Assembly (NCBI GenBank): GCA_043228905.1
Contig: JBHGNT010000018.1
Coordinates: 5,828,001-5,892,000, forward strand
Length of the DNA stretch: 64,000 bases
Source of the DNA: Azolla caroliniana
Taxonomy: Eukaryota; Plantae; Polypodiophyta
Direction: 5' to 3'
Shown: positions 26,251 through 38,872 of the stretch, one piece after another
Numbering within the stretch: position 1 is the first letter of the stretch
How the letters are laid out: every line of letters begins with the position of its first letter
Translations under genes and position numbers: made by a program
Notes under the pieces: generated by a model
Database searches by the model: none
What the model was told of the DNA's origin: nothing
What the model saw: only the letters and a program-made list of their open reading frames with translations

Positions 26251-27077
26251 TTCCACATCTCACTAGTTCCTCATCCTTGTGACCGCTCTGGCTCAACCAG
26301 TACGGATTCGGTCCACGTATCCAGAGAGAGGTCGGACTATCCAGTTCCAATTCCGAAACACTCCTGTTTGTTCCGGATTCTACCAGATCGTTAATAGTAA
26401 TCGGTTTAGAGTTGGGTGACGGAAAGTACCAGGATGTCGATTCATCGAACACAACATCCTGACTAACTCAGACTTGCTTTGTCTGGGTATTATAGCATTT
26501 GTACCCCTTATGCTCGTCGGAGTAGCCAACTAGGATGCAGTTCTCGGATTTCGCATCCAATTTCTTCCGTTTCTCATCCAGTACATGCACATATGTGATG
26601 CTACTGAACACTCGTAGGTGTGCTAGATTCGACTTCCTCTCGAAGTATAGCTCGTGCGGCATCACCTTTGCCCCTAAGGCTGATATCTGATTTTGTATGT
26701 AGACGGCTGTTCGAATTGCATCGGCCCAATAAAACTTAGGCATGCTTTTCTTTTCAAGCATTGCCCTTGCCGCCTCTACTAGCGTCTGATTCCAACGCTC
26801 GGCCACACCGTTCTGCTCCGGCCTGTACCTGCAAGAGAACTCCCATCGAATCCCTTTTGTCTACAGGTAACTTGTGAACTGGCCGGAAACGTATTCTTTT
26901 CTGCCATCCGATCTCTGACACTTGATCTTTCTTTCGGTTTCTCGTTCGACTAGACTCTTTAGGTCCTGGAAGCATGAGAAGACTTCGATTTTCTTCTCGA
27001 TCAGATAGATCCAAGCATGCTGGCTGAAATTGTCAATGAAGGAGACGAAATACCGACTCCCACTAATGCTCACATTC

Positions 27078-30000
27078 TATTAGGAAACAGGTCCCTCCGG
27101 ATGGGAAGTGAGAAGAACAGTACTGATGAGCAAACTTGGCCGAGGCCGAAACCGGATGTGGAGTACCCGGCTACGGAAGACCCGGTGAGAACTGGATGAG
27201 GAGTACCCAGAAACGGAAGACTCGGTGAGAACCGGATGAGGAGTACCCAGAAACGGAAGACCCGATGAGAACCGGATGATGCAGGCCCGGTGAGGAGTGC
27301 TCACCGGATGAAGGGACATATTCGTAAATATGTTTCTGAGAGTCCATCGGGGCTATATTTGTAAATAGCCGAAAAGTCATATTAGTATAAATATGACTTA
27401 GGGAAAACATAGTCATTATGTTGTGTTGTCATTCTTGTTGGTGCAAGATCAGAGAGCGTAATTGTGTACAGAGAGAGAGAGAGAGGAAGAGGTCGTTGCC
27501 TTTATTGTAACCGCCGCCTGTGGCGAAGATAGAAAGCTCGAGGTCGTTGCTTCGGTGCTTTATTGTTGTACATTGTAACATAGTGATAGTTTGCAGCCTG
27601 TGGGCTGCCGTGGGTTTTCCCTAGTTTGGGTTTTCCACGTAAACATCCTGTGTACTCTTCTCTTCACTATGTCATGCGTTTCATTACCCGTTTTCTGTGC
27701 TTATGATTCTAGGCTCGGTTGTGGCTGGCCGACGATGAGTTAGATCCAAAGAGGAAAGTTGCTAAGGAACGGAGAGGAAAGTTAGATCCAAAGACCCGGC
27801 CATGCATATTCCTCGGTTACGACGACGATGAGCTCGGCTACCGAGTGTGGAACCCGGTTGACAAGAAGGCATTCCGGAGTCGAGATATTATCTTCATGGA
27901 GGACAAGATGCTCGCCGACTGGGAGTCGGAGAAGAAGATAATGAACTCCGAGCCGACCGGTAAGGATCAATTCTACGATGAGCACACCCAACCGGCAAGA
28001 GACTAGTTAGCACTCGAGGAACCAGCCGGTTACGGTGAGGATGCCGAACCGGCTGAAGAAGAAGTAGAGGAAGCTGAAACCGGAACTGGCCAAGACCCCG
28101 AATCAGATTCGGATGAAGAGCAAATGGAGGAGCCAGTTACCAAAGCCCAAAGACAGAGATATCCTCTCAGAGAGAGAAGGGCCCCCCGAAGATTTTTGGA
28201 TGCAGAGCATGTGCTGCTGACCAATGAGGGGGAGCCAGAAAGCTTCGAGGAAGCTAAAAGTGACGCCCACATCCGCAAATGGTTAAGTGCAATGCAGGAT
28301 GAGATGGATTCCCTGCATGAGAACCATACGTACGAATTGATGGAGTTGCCGAAAGGAAAGCGGGCACTCCGAAACAAGTGGGTGTACAAGTTGAAACCAG
28401 GAGATGCCAGCAACCCTCCGAGATACAAAGCTAGGATCGTGGTGAAGGGGTTCCAACAGAAGAAGGGCGTGGACTTCGACGAGATATTTGCCTCGGTAGT
28501 AAAGATGACCTCCATCCGGACGGTGCTGAGTATAGCGGCAAGCATGGACCTCGAGGTAGAGCAGTTGGACGTGAAGACGACATTCCTTCACGGTGACCTT
28601 GAAGAGGAGATCTACATGCAGCAACCTGAAGGATTCGTGGAGAAAGGGAAGGAGCACCTGGTATGCCGGTTGAAGAAGAGCCTGTACAGATTGAAGCAAG
28701 CTCCCCGGCAGTGGTACCGGAAGTTCGACTCCTTCATGACCGATCAAGGGTGCCACAAGACGCAGGCCGATCACTGCATGTTTGTGAGGAAGTTCGAAGG
28801 AGGCGACTTCTTGATACTCCTTTTGTACGTGGATGCCATGTTGATCGTCGGACGGGACCAAGCCAAAATACGGATGCTGAAGAAGGCTCTTAACCGGACC
28901 TTCTCAATGCAAGACAGATGCTGGGGATGCATATCATTCGGAACCGGCCAACGAAGTAGTTCTGGCTGTCACAAGAGAAATATGTGACAAAGGTGCTTCA
29001 ACGGTTCAACATGTTAGAAGCAAAACCGGTCGGATCGACACTCCCGACAAACTGCAAATTATCCGGTAAGCAAAGTCCGAAGATGAAAGCAGAGAAGGCT
29101 GATATGATGAAGGTTCCATATGCCTCTGCCGTCGGGAGCTTAATGTACGCAATGGTGTGTACCCGACTGGATATAGGATACGCAGTCGGAGTGGTGAGCC
29201 GGTTTATGAGCAATCCCGGCAACGAGCACTGGAATGTGGTCAAATGGATACTCCGGTACTTGAAGGGCACTTCGAATATGTGTCTCCGATTCGGTTCCGA
29301 TAAACCTCAACTTGATGGTTTTACCGATTCGGACATGTCGGCTGATGTGGATACTAGCCGGTCTACATCCGGGTATGTAATGACATATGCAGGGGGAGCT
29401 GTTTCGTGGCAGTCGAGGCTGCAGAAGACAGTTGCGTTGTCAACCACGGAGGCGGAGTATATGGTGGCTGTGGAAGTCGGCAAGGAAATATTATGGATGA
29501 AGGACTTCATCGGAGAGCTTGGTATCCGACAAGATGAATACCGGCTCTATTGCGACAGTCAAAGTGCCATCCACCTTGCTAAGAATGCGGCCTACCATTC
29601 CCGGACGAAGCATATCCAGCGAAGGTATCACTGGATCCAGGAAAGAGTAGATGACTAGGAGTTTGCGCTGACGAAGATTCACACGACCGAGAATGGGTCA
29701 GATATGTTGACCAAAGTCTTGATACCTGACAAGCTGGATGCATGCCGGAAGCAGATCAGACTAGTGAGACATCCCATGCCGGAGTGAAGGGGGAGTTTGT
29801 TAGGAAACAGGTCCCTCCGGATGGGAAGTGAGAAGAACAGAACATAACCGGATGTGGAGTACCCGGCTACGGAAGACCCGGTGAGAACCGGATGAGGAGT
29901 ACCCGGAAACGGAAGACCCGGTGAGAACCGGATGATGCAGGCCCGGTGAGGAGTGCTCACCTGATGAAGGGACATATTCGTAAATATGTTTCTGAGAGTC

Positions 30001-30416
30001 CATCGGGGCTATATTTGTAAATAGACGAAAAGTCATATTAGTATAAATATGACTTAGGGCAAACTTAGTCATTATGTTGTGTTATCATTCTTGTTGTTGC
30101 AAGATCAGAGAGCGTAACTGTGTATAGAGAGAGAGAGAGAGGAAGAGGTTGTTGCCTCTATTGTAACCGCTGCTTGTGGTGAAGATAGAAAGCTCGAGGT
30201 CGTTGCTTCGGTGCTTTATTGTTGTACATTGTAACATAATGATAGTTTGCAGCCTGTGGGCTGCCATGGGTTTTCCCTGGTTTGGGTTTTCCACGTAAAC
30301 ATCCTGTGTACTCTTCTCTTCACTGTGTCGTGCGTTTCATTACCTGTTTTCTGTTCCTATGATTCTAGGCTCGGTTGTGGCCGAGCGTTGTTCAAGGGAG
30401 CGTGTAGTTCTTGTCA
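27078..30416 (+). mobile_element. Internally deleted Ty1/copia element 'B2' (LTRs 27078-~27730 and 29798-30416; INT tail, RT, RH)
   Basis: Matching LTRs, TSD CATTC/CATCC, PPT before 29798, RT ORF 28124-28987 and RH ORF 28984-29658; gag, PR and most of INT are deleted. Confidence 0.9.
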
Positions 30417-30958
30417 CATCCGAATGGATGAGATCGAGCCGGTTCTGGCTCCGATTCTTGTCATAGGTGAATGGAAGTTTATGTTGCTTCCCTAGTAGGC
30501 AAGCTTCACATATTTAGCCTCTTCGGCCACTCAACTTGGGTAGCCTGAAAACCACTTGTTTTGACTGCAGCTCGTGAAGTTTCCAAAAATTGACATGCCT
30601 GATCCGCTTGTGCCAGTGATCGATATCCGATTCAATCTTATATCCTTTGGCAAACAAGGTGGTGTCGACATCGTTGGTTTCGAGGATGAACATCCTCCCA
30701 TCTCTGTGCCCTTGCGCAATTGTTTGGCCGTCTTCCTCAATGAAGCACCCGAGGTGCGTAAACCGCACCTGCATCCCCTGGTTGACGATTTGTCCAACCG
30801 ACACTAGGTTCTTTGTGATTGTCGGAACGTTTAGTACGTTCATCAGCTTCCCCCTCTGTTTGAGATGGCTCAAAGCGACTTCGCTGACGTGCACAATCGG
30901 GTGAGGAGTGTTGTCTCTGGTCTCGACTACTCCCCGTTGTTCCGGTTTCTCTAAGAAT

Positions 30959-31683
30959 TGACAGGAATGCTCACTCCCCTTTGCACCACACTCGGCCACA
31001 ACCGAGTCTAAAATCGAAACACAGAAAAACGGATACTGAATGCACAACACAACAGAGAGAAGAGAACACAGGTTGTTAACGTGGAAAACCCAAACTAGGG
31101 AAAAACCACGGCAGCCCACATACTGCAAACTATCACTATGTCAGAATGTACAAAATGGTAAAGCACCGAAGCAATGACCTCGAGCTTTCTATCTTCGCCA
31201 CAGGCGGCGGTTACAATAGAGGCAACAACCTCTTCCTCTCTCTCTGTCTCTCTCTGTACACAGTTGCGTGCACTCTAATCTAGCGCCAACAAGAATGACA
31301 ACAACACCTATACTAAGTTTGCCCTAAGTCATATTTATACTAATATGACTTTTCAGCTATTTACAAATATAGCCTCGATGGACTCTTAGAAAACATATTT
31401 ACGAATATGTCCCTTCATCCGGTGAGCACTCCTCACCGGGCCTACATCATCCGGCACTTGCCAGGCACACGTCATCCGGTTCCCACCGGGTCTTTGGTTG
31501 CCGGGTGCTCCACATCCGGTTCTCACCGGTTCTTCACCATTCGGCTCTTGCCGGGTACTCGTCATCCGGTTCTCACTGGGTCTTCCGCAGCCGGGTAGTC
31601 CACATCCGGTTTCGGCCTCGGCCGAGTTTGCTCATCAGTACTGTTCTTCTCACTTCCCATCCGGAGGGACTTGTTTCCTAACA
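30959..31683 (-). mobile_element. Solo LTR of copia family B inserted in the A4 protease region
   Basis: TG..CA termini; perfect TSD AGAAT (30954-30958/31684-31688). Confidence 0.93.
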
Positions 31684-32437
31684 AGAATGAGAACAATTCT
31701 TCATGGCTCGTCATGTGATTCGATGCTCCAGAATCAACGTACCATACTTCCTCCGATTTGGAAATAGTCTTCTTCATCAAGTTAGCCTTGTGCTTCATCA
31801 CAAAGGCTAGCCCCTTTCCGATTTTCCCAGTTCCAGATCCTTCTAATCCTACTTTGCCCGACCTGTCTTGCCGGATCCGGATTTGTCTGAATCGGTGCGC
31901 TTCTTCCAACACTCGCTCTCCCTGTGAACCTTTTTGCCACAGTACCAACATTCCTTGTCGGCTTTTCCTTGCAGGCTTCCGGTGCGGCTTTGACTCCCCC
32001 TACTTGTGGAGGGTCTGGAACCGTTGTCGGCACGGCCGGTGTGCCTTTGGTCTTGCTCTTTCTGGCCACCTCTATTGCGTGCCGACCCACCTCGTCCACC
32101 ATGCCCACACGGTCTATCTCTGCCTCCGTGTATAGCATCTGGTTGTCCGTCCGTGCACTAGTTGATGCACCCACATGGTTCTCCTTTGCAAGGAGCATCG
32201 ACTGTAGGTCGAAAAACGACGGGGTTTTCTCCCTTGTACACACTGTCGTCCGGAAAGTTCAGAACTTAGACACCAGCTCCCAAGATAGATCTACACCATC
32301 TCGTCTTCCTCTACAGTAACGTTGATAGAGGCAAGTGAGTCACAAATCTCTTTGATCCGGGCCATGTAATCGGCCACCGACATGTCCTTTTGCCGGACAT
32401 TGCTTAACTCTTGTCGGAGTTGCAGTTTCCGGGCCGT

Positions 32438-35400
32438 TGTCAGGAATAGTACTAAAAAAGAGAGAGAATTAGTTCTGGAGAAGGGAAGTACTAATAGTAG
32501 TAAGAGGACGGGACTGTGTAAGACTCCGAGAGAGGAAGAGAGAAGAGGAGAGAGAGAGAGAGAGAGAGATGATGATAAGAAATGATATATTATATGAAGA
32601 GTAAGTACAAATGGCTATGAGCCTTAAGACTGGCATTGAACCAATTTGGTTCAAAATAATGCCTTGTGCCTCCTTTTATAGTGTTCTCAGGAATAGTCCT
32701 GAAGCTTCTAGAATGTTGTAGAGAAATCTAGAATATACATTAATTTCCTAATAAAACTTAAATGAAAATAATATTTTATGTATTATAATAGATGGCATAA
32801 TGGTCAAGAGCTTGACCCATATAACATAAGTTCATGGGTTCGAGTGGTGCCATATCATGACAGTATTCCCCTCTTAAGACGGCGAGTGTAACGAGTCAGC
32901 GTAGATTGAGGACCGGGTTTGTCCGGATACTGTCAGTGGAAATCAGCAAGAAGATCCTGAGCATTGGCGACATGCTCGACGGGTTCCCAAGTACGTTCGC
33001 TCGGACTATAACCGAGCCAATCGACCAAATAATAAATTTTGTTGCGAACAAATTTGGAGTCAAGGACGGCAGCAACTTCATAATCCGGGCCGGCGTCCAA
33101 CTGAAGCGGGGGCGGCATTGGTGTAACATGATTGCGAATAGTGTTTGCCTTATAAGGTTCCATTGAACTATGGAAGACTGGATGTATCTGAAGATGCGGA
33201 GGAAGATCAAGGCGGAATGTGACATCATTAACCATACCAGTAATACGGAAAGGACCGAGTCATAGATAATCCAACTTGTCGCACAATCGAATAGCCTTGA
33301 TGTGACAACGTAAGAGCCATACTCGATCTCCGATGGCAAAAGAGGAGGGAAGCCGATGACGATCCGCATAAGTCTTTGAAGAGTAGAGAGATCCATCTGG
33401 AACTTGCGTAGCCTCTCCAAATGATCCTCAGCACGAGGATTGGTAGGTAGCTACGGGGTGTTGATCACAGACTAGCGAGGATGAGAACCAGTATAAGCGT
33501 AAAATGGGGAGACCCGAGTCGAGGAATGAATAGCGTTATTATAAGCAAACTCCACAAAGTGGAGAATATCAGCCCAATTGTCCTATTAACAATTTAGAAA
33601 ACACCGGAGGAGAGGTTGCCAGAGACCTTGAGCATATTGAAGAGATGCTTCCAAAATTTTGAGATGAATTGAGGTCCTCGGTCACTGATGATATTGAGGT
33701 CCTCGGTCACTTGATTTTATCGAGTCTGGTAGATCTGTGATAAAATCAAGACAAATAAACTGCCACATCTTACTTGGAATCGGTAAAGGTTCCAACAAGC
33801 CATATGGATGATGTCGTGGCATCTTTGCTTAGCAGCAAGCATCACAGGTCCGAATGTAGTCGTCGACAAAACGTGACATATGGGGCCACCAAAAAGATTA
33901 TTGAACTAGATCCAACGTCTTAGTACTACCAAAATGTCTCGCTGTATGGGTGTCGTAACAATTTTGGACGATTTGAAGGTGAAGGAGCAATCGGGAACAT
34001 ATACGAGCTTTTTAAAGAATAATAAACGATCATGATATTCGAATTGTCGTTAGTCTATACTTGGTTGTTGAGACTGGGAATAGGATGCCCGAGAGGGGTA
34101 TCAATTTGTGCTAGAATGGTTTGGGCAAAAATGTCCATCTTTAAGTTAGCACGTATGGCATCGATAATCCAGGAATCCAATGGAGTGTGAAAAATCCGTG
34201 TTGTGTGCAAACGTGTTGGTCCCATGACTACCTGCTTTTGATTATCAAATGCTAGATCACTAGGACGAGGTGCAAGATATGAACGCCGCAATAGTGCATC
34301 TGTGTTTCCTTGTTGCTTCCCCGGTCGATATGTGATTTTGAGGTCAAAACGCGTGAGGAATTGGGCCCACCGAGCTTGTCGTCGATTTAGTACACGAGTA
34401 TTCTGGAAATAAGCAAGATTTTTGTGATCATTGAAAATGATGACCTGATGTGGAGAGCCCTCTAAGAAGTGCCGCCATTGCACAAATGAATCCATGATGG
34501 CTAATAACTCCTTGTCATGTATCTCGTAATTGATTTCTGTGGCATCAAATTTGCGCGAATGGAAAGCCACAAGATGTAACTCTTCTTTATCTCCTTGTTG
34601 TGAAAGGATGCTACCGAGGGCGAAATCTGATGCATCGGCCTCCATGATGAATGGTTTGTTTGTATCCACATGAGCTAGAATAGGATCTGATGTAAAGGCT
34701 TTCTTAAGATGCTCAAAAGCCATGTTCGCTTCATTGAACCAAAGAAATGCATGTCCCTTCTTCGTAAGTTGTGTGAGAGGTAAAATAATCTTCGAGTAAT
34801 CTTGTATAAACTTGCGGTAGAAGTTAGCAAAACCTAGGAAACATTATACATCTTGTAATGAATGTGGAGTTTGCTACTCTATCACAGTTTTGACTTTAGC
34901 TAGATCCATGGAAATGCCCTTTGAGGAGATGACGTAGCCTAGAAATTCCACTTGCTTGAAGTCAAAGCTACATTTTTCTAGTGTTGCATAAAGACCATTC
35001 TCTTGGAGTCGTTTTAGTACTAATAGTACATGAGAATCATGCTCTTCCTCAGTCTTTGAATAAATCAATAGATCATCTAGATAGATGATCAAACAGATAT
35101 TCAAGAGGCCTCTGAATATATCATTTGCCATGTGTTGGAAGACTGTGGGCGCATTGGTTAGACCGAACGGCATAACGGTATACTCGAAATGCCCATACCG
35201 CGTGCGAAAGGCGGTTTGATCTACACGAGGTTATACGCTCCTCGTAGGTCGATTTTTGTAAAAAACTTGGCACCATTTACTTGCTCTAAAAGACTTGATA
35301 TAAGAGGAAGTGCATGCCTATTCTTGATGGTGACCGTATTCAAGCCGCGATAATCGATGACGAGAAGAAGTGATCCATCTTTCTTCTTCACAAAGAAGAT

Positions 35401-35441
35401 AGGTGCACCGGCCGGATATTTCGAATGACGAATAAACTTGC
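32438..35441 (-). mobile_element. Ty3/gypsy chromovirus (Tcn1-like): 3' LTR 32438-32862, PPT, chromodomain, INT, RH, RT; 5' part lost
   Basis: Chromodomain YEVAAVLDSK..YYLVDWLGY..TWEP; RH EADASDFALG..NYEIHDKELLAI..DHKNL; [25 protein letters not shown]; PPT rc CTTAAGAGGGGAATAC. Confidence 0.92.
32793..32847 (+). promoter_or_regulatory. Pol III A/B-box-like (tRNA-derived) segment inside a gypsy LTR
   Basis: TGGCATAATGG ... GGTTCGAGT at tRNA-like spacing; the B box is imperfect. Confidence 0.45.
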
Positions 35442-36046
35442 TGTCGTGAAGATCCGTCACTATGTGCGGATCGTGAGGCGGAACCACTGGGGTCCTGGAC
35501 CGGAAGGATTTAAAGTTTGCACTAGCTTTAGCGAGAGAGTATTTAAGATAGATTGAAAGAGAGAGAGAGAGAGAGAGAGAGATTAAACGCTTGACTTTAG
35601 GTTGAGAGAGATCGATATGGCGTGAGAGAGATAGGAAGAGATTAAGATTGAACCCTTGACTTTAGATTTAAGAAACAAGATACATCATCAATTGGAGAAC
35701 GAAATTTCTTCTTATTAATTTATTGATTAATACATAGCCCCCTTCTTCTTTTTCATCCACTCTTTTATAGCTGCCCTCATGCATATGATGCATGTTTGCC
35801 ATTTGGCGCTCATGTGTTACATGTGATGCATGATAATCATGTCACTCATTCAAGGTCTCATGTATGAGAATTTCCATGTAAACAATGATAAAAATATAAT
35901 CTTTAAGGAAATGACTTGGCTTAGTGGTAAGTATATTATTTCCTATCTTGGAGGTGCAAGGTTCAAGTCTTGCTTATATCCCTTTTAAAGCACAAAATAC
36001 TATTAGGCTTTTGGTCTTTGTAATTACACCAAATATCTTTAAGACA
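35442..36046 (-). mobile_element. Probable gypsy-type LTR truncating the Tcn1-like RT
   Basis: TGTC..GACA termini, (GA)n tract, TTTTATAG and the same layout as LTR 32438-32862; no TSD or partner LTR found. Confidence 0.55.
35917..35986 (+). promoter_or_regulatory. Pol III A/B-box-like tRNA-derived segment with a T4 run
   Basis: A box TGGCTTAGTGG; GCAAG-GTTCAAGT-CTTGC stem-loop; TTTT at ~35983. Confidence 0.55.
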
Positions 36047-36504
36047 CCATGCACTGCGATCAACCAATCCGTTCGACTTGCATCCGTTTGGTCTGGCCCG
36101 GTTTGCATGGTGAGCCCATCAAGGCTATATTTGTAAATAGCCTAAATGTCATATAAGTATAAATATGACTTAGGGCAATTACCTGTGAAGACATGGTTAT
36201 TGTGAGTTGTTGTAGAATTGTTGTACGCACACACACACACACACACACACACGAACACACACAGATACAAAACTAGTTTCTATTGTAACTGCCGGTTGGA
36301 GAAGACATAAAGCTCGAGGTCGTTGCCTTATAGTTTCTCATTGTATTCTTTTGTTTGCTATAGTGATAGTTGGAATTTTTGGGCTCCTGTGGTTTTTCCT
36401 GAATAGGGTTTTCCACGTAAACATCATGTGTCATCTCGGTTTCAGATTGTTCTTTTCTATTCCTTGTCGAAGACTCAGTTGTGACCGAGAGTTATTTCCG
36501 TACA

Positions 36505-37803
36505 CTTCCCTGGTCGACGCTTTGTCCGACCAACACCAGGTTCTTTGTGATTATCGGAACGTATAGTACGTTTATCAGCTTTCCCTTTCCTCCAACATGG
36601 CTTAAAGGGACTTCCTCGACATGCAGAATCGGGTGAGGGGTATCGTCTCCAGTTTTGACAATTCCCGGTTGTTCTGGTTTCTCCAAAAACTAAAACCACT
36701 CTTCATGGCTTGTCATGTGATTAGATGCTTCGGAATCAACATACCATACTTCCTCCGATCTGGAGTTCACCTTGTGCTTCATCTCGAAGGCTGGCCCTTT
36801 ACCGATCTTCTTGGTTCCGAATCCTTCCGATCCTTCTATGTATTGCGAGCTCTGCCGGTTTCTATGTTTGGCCTTGTCGGATCCGGATTTGTCCGAATTG
36901 GCACGCTTTTTCTAGCTCAGCTTTCTCTATGGCCTTTCTTGCCACAATACCAGCATTTCGTGTCAGCCTTCCCTTGTCGGTTTCTGGAACTGTTGTCAGC
37001 ATTGTCTCGGTGTCTTCGATTCTGCTCTTGCCGGCTGCCTCCATTGCGTGCTGGCCCACCTCGTCCTCCACGCCCACGGGGCCTGTCCGCCTCCGTGTAT
37101 AGCATCTGATCGTCCAGTTGAGTGGTCCTTGACCCACTCGCGTGGTTTTGTTTGACCATTAGCATTGATTGCAGGTCGTAGAAGGACGGTGGCTTCTCCC
37201 GGGTGTAGATCATCGTCCGGATTGGCCCATACCGTTGTGCTAGACCACCAAGGCAGATTTGTACCATTTCGTCTTCGTCCACCGTATCATTGATGGACCC
37301 GAGCGTGTCACAAATCTCCTTTATTTTGGTGATGTACTCAGTATTCGAAATATCTCTCTACCGGATGTTGTTCAACTCTTGCCAAAGCTGCAACTTACGG
37401 GTTGTGGTACTTGTAGTGAAAATCTTCCGAAGATTTTCGCAGGCCTCCTTCGGTGTTTTTGCATCCTTGATGTAGCCAAGCATTTGATCATGCACACAGG
37501 ATGCGAGGCAGTAAAGCACTCTACCGGCTCCTTGTTCCCATGCCGGGAAGTCCTTGTGTGTCGGCTCCGGTTCTACCTCGTTAGTTCCTTCCACATAGCT
37601 CCAATATAAATGCTCTAGCAGGCACTAGTGCAGTTTATACGACCAGGATGCATTGTTGCTCCGGTCAAGCTTTTTTGTGGGAAGCGAACTTGCCATACCT
37701 TTGTCCATCTCGATCGTCTTCTGTTCTTCACCGGGTGTTAGGGTTTGTCTTCAAAAGCGTATGTCAACTACAGAGAAGTCTCAACCCTCGCGCTCTGATG
37801 CCA
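36505..37803 (-). pseudogene. gag: Copia PBS, gag and protease (host A1)
   Basis: PBS rc GCTCTGATGCCA at 37792-37803; CWYCGKKGHRES; protease region ending VGQSVDQG. Confidence 0.9.
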
Positions 37804-38540
37804 TGTCAAAGTTAGCGTCTGGAAGCTTTGACAAAAACAGTTTATCCGAGTAGCGACAGAGAATAAAATAGGTTCAATGGAAACTTGAGAGTACTTAGCA
37901 TATACGGGAGAGACAGAGAGAGACCAGAACATAAAACTCAATTCAAAAAATAACAATCCTCTGTACATAGAATGTGCTCAGAGAGCACTTTTATGCAAGT
38001 GCATAAAGGACTGACATAAGTATTGACAGGTACTTCAATGCTCATACGAGCGACTGACACTAATTCCCAAAAATATGCCTACGTACTAGGCTGGTGTTGT
38101 CTAGCGGGATCGTAACCGCCGGACATAACGCATGGAAAATAGACTATTATATTAGAAGTGTTAAAGTAACGCATGTAATGGTTTACGCAGGGAGCGTAAC
38201 CGATTAGAAGCTCTGTGTATATAAGGGGCGAAAGACCATTGTAAAGAGCTAGCATATTTTGGAAGTGTTGTTTTAATATAGTTCTATTTTCTCTTATCTT
38301 CATATTCTGTTTGCTGATCTCTTGTTCTCGTTCCTCGTTCTATGTACAAGACTGCGTAGTAGTAAGCATAAGGTAAGTACATGTTGTGTAACGACGCGTC
38401 ATCAGAGGTTTGATTATAGCCGGCTCCCTTACGCCTTACGAATCACGCACTACGTATCCCTATTCCCCTTGCACCACGATCACCTTGAAATCCACCCCGA
38501 AGGACTGAGAGTGGACAATGTTCCTAACCGGTAACAGTTT

Positions 38541-38555
38541 TGGCACACATGGTGG
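38541..38555 (+). promoter_or_regulatory. PBS, probably tRNA-Arg type
   Basis: TGGCACACATGGTGG 4 nt after the LTR; resembles the complement of the plant tRNA-Arg(UCU) 3' end as recalled (..CCACCGGGTGTGCCA). Confidence 0.7.
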
Positions 38556-38872
38556 TCTATAAATCCTTGCAACCGAGCAAGCAAGTAATGGATGTCTAGC
38601 TGCCGAGGTATCAGAGAACCTACTCGACAAGATCGACCACTAACTAGATCCATTACCCGACAGACAGAAGAACGCGCTACGCGGAAACCCCACCTCAACG
38701 ACCACACCTCCTCTTTTCATGAGTACATGGTAAACTCCGCGCTCACAGAACAGAGCAGCCTTGATCTCGAAGTCTTATCGCACCACGACCAATGTAGTGC
38801 GAACAAGCGTCACAGTAGCCCACACTGCGGAAACATTAACCTCCCCTTGCCGACCGTCACTGTCGTGGCCGA

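Larger units (their letters stand above)
26258..32437 (-). mobile_element. LTR-less copia family-A remnant 'A4' (gag 31689-32437, PR/pre-INT 30417-30958, INT 26258-27077)
   Basis: Colinear gag, WYVDSGASNHMT, WHKRIRH, RSDGRKEY and PKFYWADA pieces, separated by two family-B insertions. Confidence 0.85.
18031..36504 (+). mobile_element. 5'-truncated Ty1/copia element 'B1' (coding 18031-24886; 3' LTR split into 24898-25060 and ~36101-36504)
   Basis: gag, WVVDSGAS protease, INT, RT and RH with stops; PPT GAGTGAAGGGGGAG before 24898. The LTR breaks after GGACATATGTGTAAATA and the expected continuation (GTTT..GGCTATATTTGTAAATAG) resumes at 36101. Confidence 0.8.

Noticed and set aside
35910-35990. 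Genuine tRNA gene
   Set aside because: A and B boxes are present, but there is no convincing acceptor or anticodon stem.
25061-36100. Helitron or LINE retrocopy call for the insert
   Set aside because: No TC..CTRR ends with a hairpin, no poly(A) tail and no TSD were found.
35557-36262. (GA)n and (CA)n microsatellites
   Set aside because: Ordinary simple repeats within LTRs.
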